Origin: Candidatus Latescibacterota bacterium
Lineage (GTDB): Bacteria; Latescibacterota; UBA2968; UBA8231
DNA: 64,000 nt
Assembly (NCBI GenBank): GCA_965215195.1
Contig: CBDCDC010000002.1
Span: forward strand, 2,080,001 to 2,144,000
Direction of reading: 5' to 3'
Each line of letters opens with the position of its first letter. Within the stretch, counting starts at the first letter, position 1. Below are positions 27,757-37,326 of this stretch, piece by piece. The position numbers and the translations under genes are program-made. The notes under the pieces are model-generated. The model was given only the letters and a program-made list of their open reading frames with translations, made no database searches and had not been told where the DNA came from.

Positions 27757-28034
27757 AGGATCACCTGCTCCAACTCGTGCAGGGGCGCAACATCCTGCGC
27801 GGGTACTTGAGCGACCGGACTTGGCCTGCGCCCAATCTGCCTCTACTCAACGCAGCGTTGCAGCAGACCCATTGCGAGGCACTGACGGCGCGGACTTGGC
27901 GGGAAGCAGTCGGCAGCCGGCTACGCGCACTGGCGTGGGATCGGGTGGCGGCCGATGTGCGTCCGTTTTTGGAACGAGAAGAAGACGCGGCGCTATTGAA
28001 CCGGGAAACCGCGTTGCAGGTACTAGCCGGCTAA
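27753..28034 (+). pseudogene. AbiEii-like nucleotidyltransferase toxin with large internal deletion
   Basis: Translationally coupled to AbiEi; only 93 aa; N-terminal RNILR is fused directly to C-terminal YLSD...DVRPFL; no GGT(A/S)/SxDLD catalytic core. Confidence 0.7.
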
Positions 28035-28056
28035 TCACTCCTCTACAACGCACTGC

Positions 28057-28263
28057 CCCCTGGGTCGGATCGAACAGGACACGACGTGGCGCGACACCGT
28101 GTATGTCGGCGGCGATGTGACCATTGCGTCGAGCGCACCCAATACGGCGGTTCACTTGCGGCCCCACCGCGATGAGACCCGAGGCGGCTTGGACTTGACC
28201 CAAGCGGAACTGATCGTCGCGGGTCGACTGCATGCCCAAGCCGGTGGCATTGTCTTTCGTTAG
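28057..28263 (+). pseudogene. Fragment of a beta-helix/G8-like surface protein
   Basis: Unlisted frame reads GRIEQDTTWRDTVYVGGDVTI...ELIVAGRLHAQAGGIVFR*; no start codon or RBS. Confidence 0.5.
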
Positions 28264-28446
28264 GCGGCTAGCGATAGCCTGTCGGAGCAGATGGAGGCGA
28301 TAATAAAAAGGTATACGGATTGCCAAAAAGGTGGCCGGTGGGACTTTTTTTTTTGCTTTTACAGCCCTAGGGCTTTGGGGGGGTTCTTACTCCGATAGTG
28401 GCCTTGAAGGGGCAGCCCTTGTTTTATCTACCGCAACTATCGGTAC

Positions 28447-28622
28447 TAGTGTCGGATTCCCGTTGGGTGTGTGGCGGAACCCCCTTCGGGTCGCTTGTCG
28501 CGCCTAAAGGCGCGGTGAAGCGCGGCCTTGGCGTCAAGCGTTTTTCGAGGGCGAGACGCCCTCGGTCCTAGATTTTTCTGCACACAAGGGACGGTCCGCG
28601 GAATTTTCAGACCGCTTCTCAG
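28447..28622. repeat. MITE/REP family copy
   Basis: Shares GCCTAAxGGCGCGGTGAAG, GAGGGCGAGACGCCCTCG and the TTTTCAGACCGCTTC end with the 8.9 kb element. Confidence 0.65.
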
Positions 28623-28993
28623 GGCGTCAGTTCGTGGTAGCGGTTGATCTGTGGATTGGATAGCGTGGTGACCTTTCCACCGGACCACAGCACTTCAACC
28701 GCTTCGACCCGCTCGCCGCGACCCAAGCCGAAATGGCGGACGGGCGGCCGCTGGGAGTCGAAGGACTCCCCGGTGTACATCCACTGGGTCTGGTTGCCTT
28801 GAGGTGTGTGCAGGGTGATGCGTGCGCCGATAGGGGAAACGCCGCCCGCCCCCCGCAGGCGTACGCCGAGCCAGTTGTTGTGGCCGGGCCAGACATTGTG
28901 CAAGACGTGAACCCGCTCGCGGCGCGGAGTGCCAGACCACTCGCTGACCAATAGGTCCACGCGCCCGTCGGCGTCGATGTCCATGTCGAGCAC
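28619..28993 (-). pseudogene. C-terminal ASPIC/UnbV fragment of a CRTAC1-family gene
   Basis: DIDADGRVDLLV...NNWLGVRLRG...IGARITL...HFGLG...VLWSGG; 5' part missing. Confidence 0.75.
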
Positions 28994-28994
28994 A

Positions 28995-30596
28995 GTGGTC
29001 TTCGACTACGGGCTGCCAACGGCGACCCAGGTGGCCGGGCTGACGCTCCAGGCCGACGATTGGGCCGGCTTTCGCGTGTACGGCGAATTCAACGTCAATC
29101 ACCAGTTCACCCAGTACCCGGCGCGGACGCGGGATACGCACAAGGCGTCCTCGGGCATTGGTGGGGATCGCGCGGCCCTCGGCTGGATGGTCCATGTTTC
29201 GCGCCGCTTTGCACCGTTTTTCTTCTTTGGCGAGGCATTCGGCCTAGACGCCGAGTACGACACGAGCCCGCGCTTTGTCGATAGCAGCGGCCGGGTGGAT
29301 TGGTCCAACGACGACGAAGCGCGGGCGCGGCACGTGTACGACTTTGTCGATGACAACGACGACAACGACCGCATCAACGACCAAAAGCGCCGCTTTGACG
29401 ACGGCCGCACCGCCGATCAGCGCGGCGTCCGCGCACGCACCTTTGAGGGCTTTGCCGACGACGCGGTCTTCCCGGGCCTCGACGAGAACAACGACTTCAT
29501 TTCCGACTTCAATCAAAACGATCTGCGCGAGCGTCCCAATTTCTTGCCCGACTACGAAGAGCCTTTTCTCCGCTACGAGGTCGATCGGCCCGAGTATCTC
29601 TTTGCCCTCGACCTGAACAACAACGGCTGGGGCGACCGCTTTGAAAACGACGACGCACCCGACTACCCCTACAAGCGCGACCGGCGCGGGTACAACGCCT
29701 ATCTCAGGGCGGATCTCCGGCCCGAGCTCAAGCTGACGACTGGGCAGGTGTGGGAGCGCAAGCCAACGACCGGTGCGCACAACCGCACGTACTATGCCCT
29801 GCTCGCGTACGAACAGAGCTTTGCCGGATTGGGCACACTAACGGCGTATAATTCGCTCAAGTGGGTGGCCGATGCGATCGCCGAAGACTTGGTGCAGTGG
29901 ATTCAACTGCGCCCGGTGCTCGGACGCCCGAGCAATTCCCCCGGCGGCATGGTCGCCATCCGCGACCCGCTGGGCATGAGCGACGCCTTGGTCAACAAGC
30001 TGTGGATAGGCGCTGAGCGCCGCGGCCGCGAGGGCCTCCAGAGCGAAAGCAAGCTGCTGTTTGAGTTGATCCGGCAGCCGCGAGAAGGTGCCGTCGACCG
30101 CGATGGCCGCCCCTTGCAGCGCAATGCGCGGCGCTTGGGGCTGATCAACAAGGCCGAGTACCCGCTGTATCTGGGCCGCATAACTGCGCGGCCGCGCCTC
30201 AAGCACGAGTTTTTTATGGACGACACCCCGTTCAATATCGAGCGGCAGCTAGGCACCCCCATGGCCGAGCACCGCGACTGGAGCGCGCTGGCCTCGCTAT
30301 TGATAAAGGTGCCCTTTATGAAGCGCTCGGTCGTACAATTCGGCGCGGAGTACTTGCGCTTCCGCGACGTGATCGTGGACGAGGCCACCGTCAACCCGGG
30401 CGACCCCACCGGGGACTACGACGAGACGTCCTTTGCCGTGCAGTTGTCCAATACGACATCGTACTTGGGCTATAAGCTCATGTCCCAAGTGGGGCTGCGC
30501 ATGGACAAGCGGCAGATAGAGCGCGCAGCGCAAAAGGCTCGCACTGAAACCAGCGGTTTGACTTTTGTCACAGTACAAGCGGGACTTCGTGATTAG
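28995..30596 (+). pseudogene. 5'-truncated paralog of the 9018-11663 exported protein
   Basis: Homology begins at VVFDYGLPTA (cf. IRFEYGLPTA); FPGLDENNDF and YLGY are conserved; signal peptide and ~395 N-terminal residues are absent. Confidence 0.7.
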
Positions 30597-32391
30597 GCTG
30601 TCTAAAAACCCCTCGGGCCGGTCGCTGCGGCCCCAGAGAGCTTGGGGGCGAGGGCAAGATGCCCCCGCACACCCTCCACCCCAAGGCACCCGGCGGCCCA
30701 ACGCGAGATTTAAGACCGCTTCCAAGTACGCAGTACATTGGCTGTGGCTCCTCGCTTGCTGGGCCTGCGGCACACCAACCGGGGACTTGGTGGTGGCCCG
30801 AGTCGGGGAGGTGGAAATCGACGCGCCCCAATTGCTGGAGTTTGAAGAAAGGCTACACCCGGAGCTGCGGAGCAAAAAGACGGGGGCTGACGTCTATTTC
30901 GACTACTTGCAAACCATGATCGACAAGGAGCTCATGGTCTTAGAGGCCAAAAAGCGGGGCCTCGACCAGCGCGCCGATTTCCGCCGCAAGATGGACAAAC
31001 TGCATAGCGACCGCGTCTTGCGCCGCTTTTTGCAGCTAGAGGTACACGACAAGATCGTCCACACGGAAGAGGAAATGCTGGCCCACCAGCAAGAGACGGG
31101 CCGCGACCGCGCCGTGCAGGTGCGGCGCATCGTCGTCGCTACCCTACAAGAGGCGCGAGCGATCAAGGCGGCCTTGGAGGCGGGCGACGCCTTCGACAAA
31201 TATGCCAGCCGCAACTTGCTCGCCGCGACCCAGCTAGAGGAGGGCCGCTACCTGCTCAAGGACGAGCTGTACCCACGCATCTTGCAGGAGAAGGTCTTTC
31301 CGCTAACACCGGGCCAGTTCTCGGAGCCGGTGCTCTTCAACGACCAATTCGGCGTGTACGAGGTGACGGCCGAAGCACCGGTCAAGCTCTCAGTCGTGCA
31401 GTCGGTCATCGAGGCCGAGTTGCTCAAGGAGAAGCTGCCGCCGGCCGTGCAGGCCCTGTCGGCCCGCTTGCGGCAGGAACTCGACTTTGTGGTTCACGAC
31501 CAAGCCTTGGAGAGCGTACGCGGGCGCATCGGGCAGGGTGCCAAGGCGTTTTCTGCGGACGAGCGCGAGCAGCCTATTTACGAATACGAGAGCGGCGTCT
31601 TTACCATCGGCGATCTGCTCAATTTTGCCCGCGAACTGGGCGTCGGCTTCCCAGCAGACGCGCCCGAGCGGTTCGACTGGTTCGTCAAAGACATCGTCGA
31701 GCCGCGCGCCCTGCTTTTGGCCGGTGCCTATGCAGCGGGCGTTGACCGCGAAGAAGAAGTGGTCGCTTGGTTCCAAAGGCGGTGGCTGTCAAACCTGCTG
31801 GTGGCTATGCGCCGGGACGTGGTCGATGGCGTCTTTGCCAGCCGCGAAGAAGCCCGCGCGTTCTACGACCGCCGCCCACACCTTTTCCGCCCCCTCGAAT
31901 CAATCGCCGTACAGGAAATTTTGCTCCGCACCTATGAGGAGGCGCTCGCACTGCGCGAGGAAGTGGAGCGCGGCCGCGACTTGGGCGCATTGGCCGCCGA
32001 GCACACCCTGCGCCGACGCGGCAAAGCCCACCAAGGCGAGTTTCACCTGCATCCTTGGGAGAAGCAACAGTTCGTCCCGCTCTTTGAAGCGGCGCAAGGG
32101 CAAAAAATCGGCGCACTCATCGGCCCCATCGCCGTGGAGGTCCCCGCGGCCGAGGTCCTGAGCACCGAGCCGGTCAGCGGCCCGTACTACGCCATTTTCC
32201 GCTTGCTCGATTCGACGATCAACGCCGCCCCGAGGCCCTTCGCGCAGGCCGAGCACCGCGCACGGGCGCTGGTGCGCCGCCAAAAGCAGGAGCGGCTCTT
32301 TGGGCAGTTCATCATCCAACTGCGCCACCAATACGCAGCGCAAATCGAGGTTTTCCGCGAGCAGGTGGAGGCCCTCGTCCGCAGCACTTAA
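30589..32391 (+). CDS. SurA/PrsA-like parvulin lipoprotein foldase (paralog of 14595-16253) with in-frame repeat insertion in its signal peptide
   Basis: LLACWACG lipobox-like, VVARVGEVEI, MIDKELMVLEAKKRGLD; GTG 30589 overlaps the upstream stop. Confidence 0.75.
   Translation: MIRLSKNPSGRSLRPQRAWGRGQDAPAHPPPQGTRRPNARFKTASKYAVHWLWLLACWACGTPTGDLVVARVGEVEIDAPQLLEFEERLHPELRSKKTGADVYFDYLQTMIDKELMVLEAKKRGLDQRADFRRKMDKLHSDRVLRRFLQLEVHDKIVHTEEEMLAHQQETGRDRAVQVRRIVVATLQEARAIKAALEAGDAFDKYASRNLLAATQLEEGRYLLKDELYPRILQEKVFPLTPGQFSEPVLFNDQFGVYEVTAEAPVKLSVVQSVIEAELLKEKLPPAVQALSARLRQELDFVVHDQALESVRGRIGQGAKAFSADEREQPIYEYESGVFTIGDLLNFARELGVGFPADAPERFDWFVKDIVEPRALLLAGAYAAGVDREEEVVAWFQRRWLSNLLVAMRRDVVDGVFASREEARAFYDRRPHLFRPLESIAVQEILLRTYEEALALREEVERGRDLGALAAEHTLRRRGKAHQGEFHLHPWEKQQFVPLFEAAQGQKIGALIGPIAVEVPAAEVLSTEPVSGPYYAIFRLLDSTINAAPRPFAQAEHRARALVRRQKQERLFGQFIIQLRHQYAAQIEVFREQVEALVRST
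30595..30723. repeat. MITE/REP family copy (129 bp)
   Basis: GGCTGTCTAAAAA...TTTAAGACCGCTTC ends; body closely resembles 54620-54770. Confidence 0.6.
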
Positions 32392-32544
32392 CTGACGTTA
32401 CGCATCGTCGGAGCCTGTGCGCTAGACGCTGATCGAGGTTTTGATCCGTTGCGGCCATCAGGCGTATAAGGCCGCTCAGGCGGGTCCGGTAGAGAATAAA
32501 GATCGTTATTCCCTATACCGCGCCCACTAAGTCAGCACATGGAA

Positions 32545-32625
32545 TTTTAAGGAGGCTTCCTAAGTACACGACACTACGGTTCCAGCCGGGCGATCTGGCG
32601 TCCCGCCCTCCCAAGACGCTCGAAA
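32545..32625. repeat. Degenerate MITE/REP ends
   Basis: TAAGTACACGACACTA matches the 47744 element end; GGGCGATCTGGCGTCCCGCCCTCCC is REP-like. Confidence 0.4.
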
Positions 32626-32657
32626 AGACGCGCACTCAACGTTTAAGGAGACTAAAA

Positions 32658-34556
32658 ATGGTGAGAATCGAAGCGAACATACCGTTTGTCGAGCCGCCCC
32701 AGTGGGCCGTTCTCGAGCGCAGCCTAATCGACCTGATGAACGCATCCATCGAACCGGTCGTGGAACGCTACATGCGCCCAGACGGCTCGGTGCTGTGGCC
32801 CACGAGCGACGACTTCAGCAGCATCGACGGCCTAGACGACGCGTACGAGAGCTTCCACAACTGGCCGCTCTTTTACTTGCTGGGCGGCGGCGATCCCGTG
32901 CTCGAACATTCCCACCGCGCTTGGGAGGGCATCACCCGGCAGTTTTCCCGCTACGACACCGGCCACGGCCACCCCATGGTCGTCAAAGAATACGAGCAAG
33001 GGTACGACTGGATGCACCAAGGCGAGGGGTACTTGTTTTTCTATTTGCTGTGCCTCGCCGATCCAACGCACCAAAAGAACGCCGAGCGCGCCAAGCGCTA
33101 TGCCGGCTTCTATCTCAACGAAGACCCTGCGGCCCCCAATTACGACGCCGAGAAGAAGCTCATCCGCTGCGCCCACAACGGCAGCATGGGCCCGGCGCAC
33201 CGCAACTTTGCCAAGCACTACACGACCTATCGCTACGCCCAGTGGAAACCTTGGCCCTTGCCCTTTCACGACATTCCCGGCATTGAGACGGTCGAGGACT
33301 TGCAAAAGCCGGGCATGGAAGAGAAGATGGGCCAAGCCCTCGTCGAGCGCATGAGCCGCGGCGATGTGGCCTGCAACCTCGCGGTTACCAGCATGGTGAC
33401 CAACGCCTATCTGTGCAGCGGCGACGACCAGTACCGAGCTTGGGTCGAGGAATACACCAACGCGTGGATTGAGCGCACCCGGCAAAACAACGGCATCCTG
33501 CCCGACAACATCGGCCTCTCCGGCACCATCGGCGAATACCTCGACGGCAAGTGGTACGGCGGCTACTACGGCTGGACTTGGCCGCACGGCTGGCACCACC
33601 TGAGCGACGCCTGCATTGCGGCCGCGGAAAACGCGACCTTGCTCTCCGGCGACTTGCGCTACATGGACTTTCCGCGCTCGCAAATCGACGTGCTAATGCA
33701 GCAGGGGGACATGCGGGGACAAACCCTGTACGCGCCGCACTTCTACCACGACAAAGGCTGGGATGGATACAGCCCCATGCAGGCCCATCCCACGACCCAC
33801 CTCTGGTGCATGAGCATGCAGCGAGAGGACATGGCGCGGCTCAAACAGCAGCGCAACCACGACGCGGACAACTGGCGGCAGGTAAGCTCGCACTCTTCCA
33901 AGCACGGCGGCGGCCACGAAGCCGCTTGGACCGCGTATTTAGCAGGCGAATACCCGCAGTACCCAGTCGATATCCTGCGGCACAACCACGCGCAACTATA
34001 TCAGCGCCTAGCCTTTATGCGCGACGACCAGCAAGACCCTTCCACCTACGGCGACTGGTATCTGCAAGTGCGCAACCCCATCACGGTCGAGGGCTTGGTG
34101 CAACTAACGATGGGTGCCCCGCTCTTCATGTACAACGGCGGCCTGCTCATGGCTCGCCTGCGCTACTTCGACCCGCAACGCGGCCGACCGGGCTTGCCGC
34201 CAGACGTGGCTGCCTTGGTAGAATCGCTCGCCCACGAGCGGGCCGTCCTGCACTTGGTCAACCTGCACCCGACGCAAGAGCGCGAGGTCTTGGTACAGGC
34301 CGGTGCCTTTGGCGAGCATAGCTTCACCCGCGTTGCCTTTCAGCAGCGCGTGCCCATCTCGGCTGAAGAAGCCGGCGTTGGGCACACGCACGCCGCCCAA
34401 TATCAGCAGACCGTTCAGGGGCAGCTAGAGGACCAAATAGCTACCGTACAGAATCGCCACTTCACCGTCTGCCTCCAAGCTGGCGCGGCCATTCGGCTCA
34501 ACTTGGGAATGGAGCGTTTCGTCAATAAGCCCTCGTACGCCCGGCCGTGGGATTAG
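32658..34556 (+). CDS. Conserved hypothetical protein, possible (alpha/alpha) barrel enzyme
   Basis: 632 aa with strong RBS (AAGGAG); Trp/Tyr-rich; first gene of a catabolic operon; fold is a guess. Confidence 0.6.
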   Translation: MVRIEANIPFVEPPQWAVLERSLIDLMNASIEPVVERYMRPDGSVLWPTSDDFSSIDGLDDAYESFHNWPLFYLLGGGDPVLEHSHRAWEGITRQFSRYDTGHGHPMVVKEYEQGYDWMHQGEGYLFFYLLCLADPTHQKNAERAKRYAGFYLNEDPAAPNYDAEKKLIRCAHNGSMGPAHRNFAKHYTTYRYAQWKPWPLPFHDIPGIETVEDLQKPGMEEKMGQALVERMSRGDVACNLAVTSMVTNAYLCSGDDQYRAWVEEYTNAWIERTRQNNGILPDNIGLSGTIGEYLDGKWYGGYYGWTWPHGWHHLSDACIAAAENATLLSGDLRYMDFPRSQIDVLMQQGDMRGQTLYAPHFYHDKGWDGYSPMQAHPTTHLWCMSMQREDMARLKQQRNHDADNWRQVSSHSSKHGGGHEAAWTAYLAGEYPQYPVDILRHNHAQLYQRLAFMRDDQQDPSTYGDWYLQVRNPITVEGLVQLTMGAPLFMYNGGLLMARLRYFDPQRGRPGLPPDVAALVESLAHERAVLHLVNLHPTQEREVLVQAGAFGEHSFTRVAFQQRVPISAEEAGVGHTHAAQYQQTVQGQLEDQIATVQNRHFTVCLQAGAAIRLNLGMERFVNKPSYARPWD

Positions 34557-34564
34557 GAGGCCAC

Positions 34565-35341
34565 ATGCCCAACCGCATCAAAGACCAACTCGCCGCGGAC
34601 AAGCCCGCTTTCGGTGCCCAGCTCCGCTTTGGCTCTCCGGCCATTGCCGAACTCTTTGGCCATTCGGGTTTCGACTTTCTCGTCATCGACTCGGAACACG
34701 CGCCGCAAACCCCCACTGGCATCCAAGCGCAATTGCAGGCCATCGGCAATACCCCGGCCACACCCATCGTCCGCCTGCCGCGCATTGACGAGGAGCAGAT
34801 CCGCCTCTACCTCGACATGGGTGCGCTGGGCATCCTCGCCCCGTTCGTAAGCACGGCCGCCCAAGCCGCAGAAGGCGCTCGCGCCTGCCGCTATCCGCCC
34901 GTTGGGGTCCGTGGTTTCGGACCGCATCGGGCCGCCCAGTACGGGTTGCGCACCGACGAGTACTTCGCAAAAATAAACGACTTGGTGATATTCATCGCGC
35001 TGATCGAGACGGCCGAGGCGGTCGCCAACATCGACGAAATTCTCGCCGTGGAAGGCGTTGATGCGTTCGTCATTGGCCCGGTCGATCTGTCCATTTCGCT
35101 GGGTGTGCCCTTCAACTACGAGGGCTCCGTCTTCCAAGACGCCCAAGCCCAGCTCGCTGCGGCCGCGCGCTGCGCCGGCAAGCCCGCCGGCATTGGGGTC
35201 TATCGCCCGGCCAGCGACCCGCGTGCACTCCAACGCGCCATGGACGACGGCTTCTCCCTGATCTTAGCTGGCGGCGACGAGCCTTTCTTGGCGGCAGGGT
35301 GCCAACAGATGGCGCGGGTTCGGGCGGAGTTGGGCTACTAA
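34565..35341 (+). CDS. HpcH/HpaI aldolase family protein
   Basis: GFDFLVIDSEH, RYPPVGVRG, LIETAEAVANIDEI, IGPVDLS. Confidence 0.9.
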   Translation: MPNRIKDQLAADKPAFGAQLRFGSPAIAELFGHSGFDFLVIDSEHAPQTPTGIQAQLQAIGNTPATPIVRLPRIDEEQIRLYLDMGALGILAPFVSTAAQAAEGARACRYPPVGVRGFGPHRAAQYGLRTDEYFAKINDLVIFIALIETAEAVANIDEILAVEGVDAFVIGPVDLSISLGVPFNYEGSVFQDAQAQLAAAARCAGKPAGIGVYRPASDPRALQRAMDDGFSLILAGGDEPFLAAGCQQMARVRAELGY

Positions 35342-36357
35342 TGCGCCGGCTCGAAGTCCTCTTTCTGCCCCACCCGGTCGCCGCGCTCGCCGCGCCTTGG
35401 GCGACCGACGTCATCGAGGCCGTACGCGCCCGCCACAATCTCCGCATCTTCGACCACACCCAGCCGGCCGCACCCCAACTGGCGGGCATTGAAGCCATCG
35501 TCGATTTAGGCGGCAATAGTGTCGCCAATGCTGGCGACAGGAAGCGCACCCCGGACCTGCTGGCTGCTGCGGCCGCCGCTGGCGTCAAATTCCTCCAAGT
35601 CCAGACCACCGGCCTCGACCACATTGACGTCGAAGGCATTCTCAACGCCGGGCTGCTTTTGGCGCATTGCCCCGGGCAGCTCAGCAGCGCGGCGTTGGCC
35701 CAGAGCGCGATGATGTTCATCCTCCTGCATGCCCACCGCTACGGAGAGGCGCGGCGGAATTTTGACGCTCGCAAGCTATACGCGCCTACGGGCATTGAGC
35801 TGGAGGGTCTGACGCTCGGCCTGATCGGCTTTGGCGCGAGCGCCCAAGACTTGGCGCGCCGGACCAGAGCCTTTGGCCTGCGGCTCGCGGCCATCGACAT
35901 CCGCCCTATTGCAGAGGAAATCCTCGCTGAAATCCAACCCGAATTTCTCGGCGGCCCGGCCGACACGGACCGCGTGGTGGCCGAAAGCGACTACCTATCG
36001 CTGCACCTGCACCTGACCCCGACAACCCGGCACACCATGGACGCCCGGCGCATCGGCCTGATGAAGGAAACCGCCTGCCTAATCAACGTCGCCCGCGGCG
36101 AGTTGGTCGATGAGGACGCCCTCTACCGGGCGCTGTTGGACGGTCGCTTGGGCGGGGCCGGGCTCGATGTTTTCGCCGAGGAGCCGCCCGACCGCGGATT
36201 GCCCGTTTACCAGCTACCCAACGTCTTTGTCATGCCCCACACGGCCGGTTCCACCAACGGCACCTCGCGCAAGCGGGCGCGTCTGGCCGCCGACAACCTC
36301 GACCGCTATGCTCGGGGCGAGGCGCTCGTGGGGCAGATCACGTCTAGATTTATCTAA
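35341..36357 (+). CDS. D-isomer-specific 2-hydroxyacid dehydrogenase
   Basis: GLIGFG, LINVARG, GLDVFAEEP, PHTAG. Confidence 0.9.
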   Translation: MRRLEVLFLPHPVAALAAPWATDVIEAVRARHNLRIFDHTQPAAPQLAGIEAIVDLGGNSVANAGDRKRTPDLLAAAAAAGVKFLQVQTTGLDHIDVEGILNAGLLLAHCPGQLSSAALAQSAMMFILLHAHRYGEARRNFDARKLYAPTGIELEGLTLGLIGFGASAQDLARRTRAFGLRLAAIDIRPIAEEILAEIQPEFLGGPADTDRVVAESDYLSLHLHLTPTTRHTMDARRIGLMKETACLINVARGELVDEDALYRALLDGRLGGAGLDVFAEEPPDRGLPVYQLPNVFVMPHTAGSTNGTSRKRARLAADNLDRYARGEALVGQITSRFI

Positions 36358-36395
36358 GTTTTCGCCCGAAAAGAAGAGATAGGAGATTTCTCACC

Positions 36396-36510
36396 GTGAA
36401 CGCGCTTATTGCGGGTGCCAGTTCTGGCATTGGCGAGACCAGCGCTCGGCGGCTGGCGGCGGCTCAATGTCGATGAACTAGTGCTGACGCCGCTGGGGCA
36501 GCAGTGGTAG
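36396..36510 (+). pseudogene. Short-chain dehydrogenase remnant with only its termini left
   Basis: AGGAG RBS then MNALIAGASSGIGETSARRLAA, fused out of frame to NVDELVLTPLGQQW*. Confidence 0.65.
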
Positions 36511-36802
36511 GGCAGGTGGATGCCTTGACGAGCGGCTCAATGGTGCTGATGTCGGTCGAGGCACGGGCGAGGTTGAGGTCGTACATTCGCTGGAGGTTCA
36601 GCCAGAACTCGGGAGTCATCCCTAGGGCCTGTCCAATTCGCAGCACCGTGTCCGCTGTAATTGATCTGCGGCGGTGGACGATTTCGTTGATGCGTATCGG
36701 GGCCACTCCGATGGCTTTGGCCAGACGGTACTGGCTGATGCCGAGTTCGTCCAGAATCTCGGCCAGATGTTCTCCTGGGTGGATCAGGGCAGTTGTAGTC
36801 AT
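36464..36802 (-). CDS. higA: HigA-family antitoxin (HTH)
   Basis: IHPGEHL...ISQYRLAKAIGV...RINEIV...FWLNLQ..YDL. Confidence 0.9.
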   Translation of the reverse strand: MTTTALIHPGEHLAEILDELGISQYRLAKAIGVAPIRINEIVHRRRSITADTVLRIGQALGMTPEFWLNLQRMYDLNLARASTDISTIEPLVKASTCPTTAAPAASALVHRH

Positions 36803-37314
36803 AAAAACCTCCTGGGATACTGACGTTTTGAAACGTCAGAGGGATAAGGATTTCTTCCGCGACGGGCGGGCAACGCACCCGGCGTTGTCTGCCCCCGAGT
36901 GGAAGAAAAACTACCATAGATTATCTCTATGACTACGGGGTTATGTCATAGGGAAATTTGATTTCACGCGGAACAAAACGGTAGCGATCTTTCTGTTAGG
37001 TTGAGCACCCAACCTTCAGAGCCTGTCGGGGCTACCTCTGGGCCGGTGGTACGCTGCAACTCGTTTGCGGCCTCTGGCACTGCTGGCGTTTCCTCGACAG
37101 TACCAACCCGAAAGCCTGATGGTGCTGCGGCCGGGTTGGGAGCGGGTCAGCCGATAGACGCTGATGCTATCGGTGCCAAGCAGCCAGTGCGGTTGTAATG
37201 GGTCCGGGATACTCCTGTTAGTGGCGTAGGAAACCACGTTCCTCGATGGATGCTGCACAGCGGCGGTAGAGGGCAGAGGGTAAAGCTGACTTCTTTAGAG
37301 GTCAGTGGCATTAC
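36803..37314 (-). mobile_element. Non-autonomous IS200/IS605-type (OMEGA-like) element, copy 2, inserted between the higA RBS and ATG
   Basis: Same ends as copy 1 (last ~50 nt identical); followed by ATGA; removing it restores GGAGAAGATCCA-ATG. Confidence 0.75.
36998..37314 (-). ncRNA. Putative omegaRNA/HEARO-like structured RNA scaffold, copy 2
   Basis: GTAATG/CATTAC, CTGAC/GTCAG, CCGATAG/CTATCGG and GGTTG/CAACC stems; conserved blocks ACTGGCTGCTTGGC, CCGGCCGCAGCACC, ACGCCAGCAG, TCTGAAGGTTGGGTGCTCAACCTAA. Confidence 0.65.
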
Positions 37315-37326
37315 TGGATCTTCTCC

